Under the pieces are notes generated by a model, which was not told the DNA's origin, searched no databases, and was given only the letters and a program-made list of their open reading frames with translations. Below, in pieces: positions 25,901-33,297 of a stretch of 50,896 nucleotides of DNA. Source of the stretch: Coriobacteriales bacterium (GTDB lineage: Bacteria > Actinomycetota > Coriobacteriia > Coriobacteriales > CADBOM01); assembly GCA_050946255.1 (NCBI GenBank), contig JBMNUL010000002.1, forward strand, positions 1 through 50,896. The letters are read 5' to 3'. A program made the position numbers and the translations under genes. Each line of letters starts with the position of its first letter. Position 1 is the first letter of the stretch.

Positions 25901-28782
25901 AATCGTCCGACTATCGGTGCGTATTCTGTATAACCCCTGACTATGAGCCCAGTGTCGTAGCAGTTCTTCACAGTTGAGAGGTCGTTTGCAAATCCTGCAA
26001 TTCCACCCTCGGCCCTCCATCCTGTGGAGATGTTGCCGATTCCAACAACGCCCACGTTGTAGCAGCCGTTGATCGTTCCACCCACGGTGGGAACGGTTTC
26101 CATATCGCCATTCATGCCGGCGATGCCACCGCATCCCACAACTCCACTGGAGCCCAAGAACACGAACGTGCTGGTGATGTCGCCGCTGTTCATGCAATAG
26201 GTGATGGTGCCGTAGTTGGTGCCGGCGATGCCACCGATGCGCTTGTATCCGCTGACGGGTCCGAGGTTCTGGCTCTCGGTGATGGTGCCGGTGCTGCGAC
26301 CTGCGATACCTCCTATGTTGAATATGCTGTCTCCGGAAACCTCAACGTTAGAGGTCACGCCCTTGATGGTTCCGGCGTTGAATCCTGCGATACCGGCGAC
26401 GAAGTCTGCCTCTCCCTCGGTCTCGCTTTCTGAAGAACTGGAGACCGCGCCGGTAACGGTGAGGTTCTGGATCGTACCGGCGTTGTATCCGAACAGACCC
26501 GCATAGCTCGTTGTGCTCTGGACGTCCAATCCGCTGATCGTGTGGTCGTTGCCCTCGAATGTGCCCTTGAACTGGTTGGTTGCAGTTCCAATTGGAGTCC
26601 AGGTAGAGGTGAGCGCGATGTCGGCTTCCAAGAGCACCGTGATTCCCTCGTAGTCGTTGCCACCGTTGACGGTATCGCGGAAGTCCTTGAGCTCCTGCTC
26701 GGTCGTGATGCGATAGGGGGACAGAATCTCAAATGTGGTGGTAGCCGTGCCGGTGTAGTTGCCGATTCCGGTGATCGTAACGGTGGCGGTGCCAATCTCC
26801 ACATTGTTCTCGTAGGCAAGCGTGTAGTCGGTATCCTTCACGAGCTGGGTGGAGCCGTCCGTGATCGTGACGTCGGGCTCAATCGCGCTTCCCGTATAGG
26901 TCTCCTTGCCCATCTCCGCTATCGAGAGCGAACTGATGTCGCAGGCGACGATCGTGTAGTCCTGGGTAACGGTGCCGGTGTAGTTTCCGGTGCCCGTAAC
27001 CGTGAGCGTTGCAGTTCCCACGGCGTCAGCGTTCGACACCGCAGTTGTGTAGTCGGTATCCTTCACGAGCTCCGTGGAGCCAAGCGTCACGGTGACTTCT
27101 GGGACCACGGGGGTCGCCGAGAAAGTCTGGTCTGCGATGCTGGATACCGTCGCCGTTTCGATGGAAGCCGGGTCTATTGTGAAAGTGATCTGCTTTGAAC
27201 CGACATAGCTGCCCATTCCGTTAACGTAGACAATGGCGGTTCCAGCATCGATGTTGTTGACATATGAGAGCGAGTAGTCCGTGCCCTTGACGAGTGTGGT
27301 TCCGTTGTAGGTAACGACCGGCTCGGGAGTGTGCTCGGAGCCGTTGTAAGTCTCGTTTGGAATGTCGGCCACAGTTGCAGAGTTGATGTTGACCACGGTG
27401 GTGCTGATGTTCTGCCAGCTGAGCAGGGGCATGGTGTCTGCAACATGAGAATAGGCGTCCCCGAGCGTGGTGGCGAAGTCCTCCGCCACCATTTCAGCAT
27501 TTGTCTTGAACGAGCACTCGGTGGAAACCGTGAGCCCAGACGAGTAAGATCCTCCATCTTCACCGATCAGGGCGGAGGCAGTTCCCTCGAGACCATAGCA
27601 GTTGGTAACGGTGTTGTTAGCTGCCTGCGAATCAGAGGAGACACGACCGACCAAGGATCCGGTGGAACGCTTGGAAGCATAGTAGCCTGTGTTCTCCGTG
27701 AGCACCGTGTTACCGGCGTTGTAGCAATTGGTCATCGTTCCAGAATGAGCAGTGGAGCCCGCGAACCAGACTGCGGCAATTCCACCGGCATTCTGATATG
27801 AGGTGATCGTGCCCCAGTTGTAGCAGTTGGTGATCGCGCATCGAGTTCCACCGGATGTTCCACTGTATCCGAAGGTTCCCACAATCCCTCCAGCACCGCT
27901 ATTGTAGGAGCCATATTCAGCGCCCGTCATTGTGACATTGCCCCAGTTGTAGCAATCTGACACTGTGACGCTGCTGCTGATCTCTCCCACTATTCCACCG
28001 GCATTGTCACGAGCCTTGACCGTGACCTCGCTTCCGCAGTTGATGAAATCGGTGTAGTTCGCATAAGCGGCTATTCCGCCGGCGTCTGCCCTGCTGTTGG
28101 TGACGGTTCCCTTGACCACGAGGTTCTTGATCACCGCACGATATTCCTCAACTCCGGTACTGGAAACCGGGGATGAGCCGCTGACCCTTCCGAACAGTCC
28201 CTGCCAGTTGTCGTCGATGGAGGTCTCGGCATCGGTGTTATCGATATAGAGCCCGCTGATCGTGTGGCCCTGTCCATCGAAGGTGCCCTGGAAAGACGCC
28301 CTCACATAACTGTTTTCCTTGCCGTTTCCGATTGGGGTCCAGGCCGATGTGAGCTCGATGTCGTTTGCCAGCACGACGGTCTTTTCCTTGTATGTTGTGC
28401 CGGAGTTGACCGAAGCGGCGAAATCACGGAGCTCTTGCTCGGTCGAGATCGTGAGATCCGGGTCGTCCAGAGGCTCTGTCACAGATTCAGCGACCTTGGA
28501 CTCCACGGGGTCAGCAGCGCCTGCATCTGAAACAGCATTAGAGCTTTGGTCGGAGGATGCCTCCTGCACTGACGTGCTCCCCGTTTCAAGGACAGCATCG
28601 GAAACTCCCTCTTCAGATGAGGACGTTTCCTCGACCTGTTCGGCCTGTTCCTGTGCCCCTGCCTGCTCATCTGCCTCGGTTGCATACGAGATTCCAGATG
28701 GCCAGAGGAGGAACACCATCACCACGGACATTAACAAGCTGAAAATTCTCCCAGGTAGGCTGAGAGTGCTACCCCTGTTCAT
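22978..28782 (-). CDS. Giant secreted surface protein: three GLUG/beta-helix modules, multiple Ig-like modules, an MBG-like domain and a C-terminal CWB2 triplet
   Basis: The start is moved to MNRGSTLSLPGRIFSLLMSVVMVFLLWPSGISYATEA (ATG complement of 28780-28782, GGAGGGG RBS). Three paralogous modules each open with T(E/T)EQEL(R/K)DF...TISG and continue with repeated GGI(A/V)G and NCYN(T/W/A)G rungs. Their starts are near nt 28443, 26706 and 25416. YTG-x-AIEP Ig-like units are interspersed. The last ~300 aa are three CWB2 repeats (RLYGSDRYETANAV...FPDALAAS). Confidence 0.8.
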   Translation of the reverse strand: MNRGSTLSLPGRIFSLLMSVVMVFLLWPSGISYATEADEQAGAQEQAEQVEETSSSEEGVSDAVLETGSTSVQEASSDQSSNAVSDAGAADPVESKVAESVTEPLDDPDLTISTEQELRDFAASVNSGTTYKEKTVVLANDIELTSAWTPIGNGKENSYVRASFQGTFDGQGHTISGLYIDNTDAETSIDDNWQGLFGRVSGSSPVSSTGVEEYRAVIKNLVVKGTVTNSRADAGGIAAYANYTDFINCGSEVTVKARDNAGGIVGEISSSVTVSDCYNWGNVTMTGAEYGSYNSGAGGIVGTFGYSGTSGGTRCAITNCYNWGTITSYQNAGGIAAVWFAGSTAHSGTMTNCYNAGNTVLTENTGYYASKRSTGSLVGRVSSDSQAANNTVTNCYGLEGTASALIGEDGGSYSSGLTVSTECSFKTNAEMVAEDFATTLGDAYSHVADTMPLLSWQNISTTVVNINSATVADIPNETYNGSEHTPEPVVTYNGTTLVKGTDYSLSYVNNIDAGTAIVYVNGMGSYVGSKQITFTIDPASIETATVSSIADQTFSATPVVPEVTVTLGSTELVKDTDYTTAVSNADAVGTATLTVTGTGNYTGTVTQDYTIVACDISSLSIAEMGKETYTGSAIEPDVTITDGSTQLVKDTDYTLAYENNVEIGTATVTITGIGNYTGTATTTFEILSPYRITTEQELKDFRDTVNGGNDYEGITVLLEADIALTSTWTPIGTATNQFKGTFEGNDHTISGLDVQSTTSYAGLFGYNAGTIQNLTVTGAVSSSSESETEGEADFVAGIAGFNAGTIKGVTSNVEVSGDSIFNIGGIAGRSTGTITESQNLGPVSGYKRIGGIAGTNYGTITYCMNSGDITSTFVFLGSSGVVGCGGIAGMNGDMETVPTVGGTINGCYNVGVVGIGNISTGWRAEGGIAGFANDLSTVKNCYDTGLIVRGYTEYAPIVGRFDTLFTADNNYSLEGLNAHTTSGFATGIIKTDSEMKASDFATYLGTIEEGTSTSTGNIFKYNSGGYPLLFWQTSAPSPKLDITKATVSDIPDQTATGDAIEPDFTVTYNGTALVEGTDYDVSYADNISVGNATVTITGKGGYYGTITKTFVIQSAGPKVIDIATEEELISFRDKVNSGFDYADYTVNLTADIQLTSDWVPIGLYGSGSANHKPFRGVFDGHGHTISGINYTTSDGGFHALFAYVEGTSESHAVVKNVTVSGTMTDTCDNTSASYSTGGIAGIVGRADYAEIIACANKCDINGCGSVAGIVAYMGYGGTTVTACHNYGDIKCESADTTIVRIGGKNAGGIVAYLLAPNKIESCYNTGDISSTSHAGGIVGFLYPSSSSSETLSIANCYNTGQISNIEVVAEDGEEVVEGAWSGGIIGAVSGSGTASSSSADYNTLTNCYTLDTGCDKLFGDDNEGGLVKVDTASSVMTLSQMTDSEFAGTLGDYYKINISDTPLLYWEVNRIEGVLVDDIPDQEYTGEAIEPTVNVTYNGEALEAGTDYTVSYSHNINAGLALVTITGTGSFSGEFSESFRITPVDLTIAPSAQTKMVGNSDPEFTATATGLKGTDEIGSCTITRSEGEELGSYTTTIDPASVKIVRGDEDVTSNYTITCETGTFKVRGSKRLYGSDRYETANAVVADTYTSAEGVIIVSGESFPDALAASSLSGALDYPILLTPTDSIKASTLDEIRSLGATKAIICGGNAAVSSTVEWQLENSNLSVERIKGATRYETAEAIYDYGCTCGEGGTSVWKDGEVILVSGAKFADALSISPYAAGDGVPILLVDENGSIPTQKTQSIASSASLVIIVGGKGVVSQETQDSLSNTVRLSGKDRYKTSQQVCEWLSANRGYSYDCAGFATGVNYPDALAASSKLGKSKSMLLLVSDSNYKPAGEVVSSNKDSIDTLYFFGGKGATSETIKNHIDGCMQ

Positions 28783-28799
28783 GACCCCTCCGTTTCTTG

Positions 28800-28908
28800 C
28801 TGACATTACCCCTGCCATATACGGCATTACCCCACACCGTATAGGCTTCAAGTTGAAACTGACATTTCCCCCTGTGCCATATACGGCATTACCCCGAGTC
28901 ATATAGGC
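28800..28908. repeat. Two ~47-50-nt direct repeats in the adhesin 5' leader/operator region
   Basis: Positions 28800-28846 and 28859-28908 are the two copies. They share the blocks ctgacatt and gccatatacggcattacccc (20 nt identical) and end in ataggc. They lie 18-126 nt upstream of the proposed start codon. Confidence 0.85.
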
Positions 28909-29287
28909 ACAATATTGAAATAGACTATACACAAAATATACTATTCAAAAAATATATTCATGTAAGAATATGCACAAAAGTAATGCAGCCTAAGGAATGA
29001 GCTCCCCCGATAATCTAACCTCGCAGAATTTCCACGACACAATGTTGCGCGCTGTCTCCAAACCAAATTCACTCTTCTATTGCATGCATTTAATATTGGG
29101 GAAATTCGCGGATAACTTCTGAATTCCCGAAATCGATTCTGCTAGAATCCTCCAACGTATCTGAAATTGTCCCGATTTCGAGCCGGGCTCTTGCCCGCCA
29201 AATGGAAGTCGCCCTCTGCAGCAACCCTTTCAAGCTGCGTTGCGCCCCCTTTGAAGGAGGGGCACAGCGAGTTAGAAAGGTTTTTTC

Positions 29288-29791
29288 ATGCCAAGAAACG
29301 CCAAAGAGGGAATACTGTTCAGCTTCACGATGTCCGCCATAATGATCTATCTGATGGCGGCTCTCAACTACGGCGTGCGCACGGGCGATGTTGGGGCCAC
29401 CGCCTGGTTGTACGCATTCTTCAACTTCCCACTTGCCTACCTCGTGGGGATGATTTGCGACCTGTGCATGTGCACTCCGCTATCACGCAAATTGATGACG
29501 ATCTTCTGCGATGAGAACGACCGTTCGGTTTGGAAGGGAATCACTATCAAGTTTCTCATGGTTGTTCTCATGACAGCCTGCATGACAATTTATGGCGCCG
29601 TTGCCGCAGTCGGCTTTGGAGTTCAAACCGTCTCGGCCTTCTTCAGCCTGTTCCCCTACAACTTCACCATCGCACTGCCACTGCAGATGCTGGCAGTGGC
29701 CCCCCTTTCGGGGCAGTTCGTGCACGCCGTTGGAGACAAGTTGAATTGGAATGCGCAGAAGATGCCGAAAGCGGTTGCAGCCGAAGATTAA
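29288..29791 (+). CDS. Small integral membrane protein, DUF2798-like
   Basis: It is 167 aa with four hydrophobic helices. The N-terminus MPRNAKEGILFSFTMSAIMIYLMAALNYG resembles DUF2798 family members as I recall them. Confidence 0.55.
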   Translation: MPRNAKEGILFSFTMSAIMIYLMAALNYGVRTGDVGATAWLYAFFNFPLAYLVGMICDLCMCTPLSRKLMTIFCDENDRSVWKGITIKFLMVVLMTACMTIYGAVAAVGFGVQTVSAFFSLFPYNFTIALPLQMLAVAPLSGQFVHAVGDKLNWNAQKMPKAVAAED

Positions 29792-29822
29792 AGTTGAAGT
29801 AGAAGACCAAGAGAAGCGAGGT

Positions 29823-29863
29823 GGGGCTTGGCAAGCTGCTGGGATGCAGAATTGCCAAGCCCC
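29823..29863 (+). terminator. Candidate terminator after the DUF2798-like gene
   Basis: A 12-bp perfect stem ggggcttggcaa/ttgccaagcccc encloses an inner 4-bp stem. It is followed by tagattt, a weak U-tract. Confidence 0.45.
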
Positions 29864-29986
29864 TAGATTTCCCAAACCTGAATTATCAGGCCGCAAGTCC
29901 AAAGTTCTACGCAAGCCCAAGCACTTGGACTAGAAAAAAGTCAAAAGCTGATAAAGCTAAAGACGAATCCACGGAACCCAGAATGC

Positions 29987-31174
29987 TTATAGTTCGTCCA
30001 CTGCGGCCTTCAACTGCTTCATTGCCTTCTCGACGGTCGAGCGCGGGCAAGCGAGATTGAACCTCTGGAACTGCCCGCCTTCTCCTCCGAACATGGACCC
30101 ACTGTCGAGCCAAAGCTTTGCCTTGTGCTGGATGAAGTCGTTGAGCTTCTCAGTCTCCATTCCAAGAGCAGAGAAATCTACCCAGATGAGATAGGTTCCC
30201 TCCGGCTCGACCATATGGAGCTGGGGCAGATTCTCCGCAAGGAAGTCCCTCATGTAATCTACATTGCCATCGATGTAGGCATTGACCTCGTCGACCCAAT
30301 CCTCTCCACCTTCATAGGCCGCCTTGCAGGCGATGATCCCCAGAATGTTCGTGGAATTGGCGGCCACCTTGGCAAGGTTCTCGCGGAATTGGTTGCGCAG
30401 CTTCTCGTTGGGAATCCAGATATTGGACGTGCAGAGACCAGCAAGGTTGAAGGTCTTGCTCGGTGCAGTGCAGATGATGGAGCTCTCCCTCATCTCAGGG
30501 CATGACTTGAGGAACGGGAGGAACTTATGGCCATACCTCATGAGGTCGCAGTGAATCTCGTCCGCAACGACAATCACACCGTGGTCGAAGCAGATCTCCC
30601 CCATCTGAGAGAGCTCTTCCTCGGTCCAGGTCCTCCCAACGGGATTGTGGGGACTGCAGAGGATGAACATCTTCACGTCGTTGCTCTCGATCTTGCGAAT
30701 GAAGTCGTCGATATCGATCGTGTACTCGGGAGATGCGCCTGGTGTGTAGACGAGCTCGTTCTCAATTATCGTGCGGCCATTGTCGTTGATTGCCATCGAG
30801 AACGGATAGTACACGGGAGTCTGAATCAGGATGCTGTCCCCAGGAGATGTGAAAGCGCGAATCGCATTGTAGATCGCAAAGACAACTCCGGGGGTCTTGA
30901 CGAGCCATTCGGGTTCGTATTTAACGCCGTACCTGCGCGAGAACCAGTCGATCACAACATCGGTGTAATCTTCCTTGTTGTCGGAATAGCCGAAGAATCC
31001 TTTGGACGAGTATTCCTTAATCGCATCGACCACACAGGGAGCAGTAGGGAAATCCATGTCGGCAACCCACATTGGCAGCTCATCCGGGTCGTGTCCCATT
31101 TCCTTGGCGAAATCGAACTTGAACGAGTAGGTACCCTCGCGGCTTGGAACATTATCGAAATCGTACTTCGGCAT
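29987..31174 (-). CDS. PLP-dependent C-S lyase / aminotransferase class I-II (MalY/PatB family)
   Basis: It is 395 aa, with the PLP-lysine context CTAPSKTFNLAGL and N-terminal and C-terminal layout typical of MalY/PatB cystathionine beta-lyases. A GGATGGAG RBS is present. Confidence 0.8.
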   Translation of the reverse strand: MPKYDFDNVPSREGTYSFKFDFAKEMGHDPDELPMWVADMDFPTAPCVVDAIKEYSSKGFFGYSDNKEDYTDVVIDWFSRRYGVKYEPEWLVKTPGVVFAIYNAIRAFTSPGDSILIQTPVYYPFSMAINDNGRTIIENELVYTPGASPEYTIDIDDFIRKIESNDVKMFILCSPHNPVGRTWTEEELSQMGEICFDHGVIVVADEIHCDLMRYGHKFLPFLKSCPEMRESSIICTAPSKTFNLAGLCTSNIWIPNEKLRNQFRENLAKVAANSTNILGIIACKAAYEGGEDWVDEVNAYIDGNVDYMRDFLAENLPQLHMVEPEGTYLIWVDFSALGMETEKLNDFIQHKAKLWLDSGSMFGGEGGQFQRFNLACPRSTVEKAMKQLKAAVDEL

Positions 31175-31310
31175 TACTCCATCCCCTTAGCTTTTGTCCC
31201 TGAACATCACTTGGTCTATCGCTGCACGATGCTGCTGAAAATCAGCTGCACCGTTTCAAATGATAGCTTGTTGCATCTATTCGCTCTGCAGTTTTCGCAA
31301 TTCTCGAAAA

Positions 31311-32600
31311 CTACCAGTTGCGCATGATCGTCTGATCCCTGTCCGGGCCAACCGCGATGATCGAGACCGGGACTCCGGCTATCTGCTCTATACGCTCCAC
31401 ATATGCGCGCGCCTTTTCCGGAAGGTCCTCGTATTTTCTGCAAGAGGTGGTATCGCACTTCCAGCCATCTACCTCTTCGTAAATCGGCTTTGCCCGGGAG
31501 AACTTGTCCATTGAATCCGGGAAGTTCTCGACTCTCTCGCCGTCGATGTCATAGGCAACGCATATCCTGATCTTGTCGAATCCGTCGAGCACATCGAGTT
31601 TGGTGAGGCAGATGTCCGTGAGGCCGTTGACGCGTGCGGAGTACTTGATGATGGGGCCATCGAACCATCCGGTGCGACGGCGGCGTCCAGTCGTAACTCC
31701 AAATTCGGCGCCTACGCTCGACAGTGTCTCGCCGTCGGCATCGTCGAGCTCTGTTGGAAAAGGACCAGAGCCGACCCTGGTGAGATAGGCCTTCGTCACC
31801 CCGAGCACGCGATTTATCCACTTCACTCCAACTCCGGAGCCAATGGTCGCGCCTCCAGCCGTGGTGGAAGAGGAGGTGACGAACGGATAGGTGCCATGGT
31901 CTACGTCGAGAAGCGTACCCTGAGCGCCCTCGAAGAACACGTTCTTGCCCTGCTCTAAGGCCTCGTTGAGAAGCGTCACGGTATCGACTATATGCCCCGA
32001 CAAGCGCTCGGCATATTCCATGTAAAGGTCGTAGACCTCGTCGATGTCATAAGGCTTCATCCCATAGACCTTCGTGAGGACCGTGTTGCTGACCGACAGC
32101 GCATCCTCCAGACGGCTTCGGAAAAGCTTCGGGTCGAGAAGGTCTCCCATGCGTAGCCCGGAACGCCCGACCTTGCTCTCGTAGGCGGGGCCGATGCCAC
32201 GTTTTGTAGTGCCGATTTTCTTGTCGCCCAGCATCTGCTCGGAGGCACCATCGAGGTCGATGTGCCACGGCATGATCATCTGAGCATGCGATGAGATAAG
32301 GAGCCGCTCTGCAGAAACTCCACCCTCCTCAAGCTGGTCGACCTCACTGAGAAGAACCTTGGGGTCGACCACGCATCCGTTTCCTATGACCGGGATGACG
32401 TTCTCGTACATCACACCAGACGGAACCAAGTGGAGAGCCAGGTGCTTGTCCCCATGCACGACGGTGTGACCGGCGTTGTTCCCGCCCTGGTATCTGACAA
32501 CATAATCGTATCTGCTGGCAAGGAGGTCCGTGATCTTGCCCTTGCCCTCATCGCCCCATTGGGCTCCCACCAATACTGTTCCAGGCATCTTGATTCCCAT
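31311..32600 (-). CDS. purA: Adenylosuccinate synthase
   Basis: It has the GAQWGDEGKGKITD P-loop, GGNNAGHTV and TTKRGIGPAYE. The true start may be the ATG four codons downstream (MPGTVLV, complement of 32586-32588). Confidence 0.95.
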   Translation of the reverse strand: MGIKMPGTVLVGAQWGDEGKGKITDLLASRYDYVVRYQGGNNAGHTVVHGDKHLALHLVPSGVMYENVIPVIGNGCVVDPKVLLSEVDQLEEGGVSAERLLISSHAQMIMPWHIDLDGASEQMLGDKKIGTTKRGIGPAYESKVGRSGLRMGDLLDPKLFRSRLEDALSVSNTVLTKVYGMKPYDIDEVYDLYMEYAERLSGHIVDTVTLLNEALEQGKNVFFEGAQGTLLDVDHGTYPFVTSSSTTAGGATIGSGVGVKWINRVLGVTKAYLTRVGSGPFPTELDDADGETLSSVGAEFGVTTGRRRRTGWFDGPIIKYSARVNGLTDICLTKLDVLDGFDKIRICVAYDIDGERVENFPDSMDKFSRAKPIYEEVDGWKCDTTSCRKYEDLPEKARAYVERIEQIAGVPVSIIAVGPDRDQTIMRNW

Positions 32601-33168
32601 CTGCTATCTTGGCCGTTTGCCTTAGACTGGCATCTTGCGGCTCCGGAGAGCATGACCGACTCGACGGCCAATCCGGAATGTCTCGAAATGGCATTCTCGC
32701 CGACCCGCTCAAATGCACAGCAAAACTAATTATATTAGTTAGCATATTGAGCCACAGAGAGGTATCAGCAAACGCGCCGAAGGAGCTTCCCTGCTTGGAA
32801 ATTCGAAAAGCCGATGCCTCTTGGACGTCCTGTAGAACAGCACGGTGTAACAGAGACCGGGAAGCGCGCACATCGAGTTAATGCTCATCTGATTCCTTCC
32901 CGAGATGCCGAAGCCTGGCGCAATATGCTCCTCTCCCAAGCCTTGGAAGCTCTTGTGGGTCTGAAACCGCAGCCCCTTCTTGTTCCTTCGCTCCGAAAAA
33001 TCAGAAAATTTGCTTGATGCATAACTATTTCTGCTTGAACAAAAGTTTAAAATCTGTCGGCGTTTTCTCCACATTTGCCGAAGTTAGTGATATTTTCAAA
33101 CGGTGGGCAATTTTAAACGTGCTCACTTTTTGCAGCTACGGGAGATCCGAAAGGGTCACGGTTGGGTG

Positions 33169-33289
33169 CTCCTTTGACGCGCGGTCCCGGAGTAGAAAGG
33201 AGGATTTGGCAATTCTTCTTTTCGAAGAGACCGGTTCGTTCGCGCGGGCGAATTGAGCCGAGTGCCAGCTCGCGCGATAGTCAAAGGAG
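33169..33289 (+). promoter_or_regulatory. Structured 5' leader with an anti-SD element able to sequester the MFS transporter RBS
   Basis: ctcctttgac (33169-33178) is a perfect complement of gtcaaaggag (33280-33289, the SD). The helix can extend through gcgcg/cgcgc after a 4-nt bulge. An SD-like decoy, aaaggag (33196-33202), can pair with the same anti-SD instead. Confidence 0.5.
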
Positions 33290-33297
33290 GTAATGCT

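Noticed and set aside
28783-28932. A 50-codon N-terminal extension of the adhesin ORF. Similar upstream extensions were noticed for rplI (42096-42173), rpsR (42406-42432), ssb (42942-42989), the aldolase (7816-7851), the MFS gene (33253-33297), hydA (36846-36902) and purL (47003-47083).
   Set aside because: In each case a downstream in-frame ATG is preceded by a clear Shine-Dalgarno sequence. It also coincides with the start of the conserved family sequence or signal peptide. The adhesin extension overlaps the duplicated non-coding element.
29167-29514. ORF 29167-29514 overlapping the DUF2798-like gene, and the small ORFs in 29751-30113.
   Set aside because: They are out of frame with the hydrophobic-helix-encoding frame, lack an RBS and have implausible composition. 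The latter group overlaps the terminator hairpin and the 3' end of the lyase gene.
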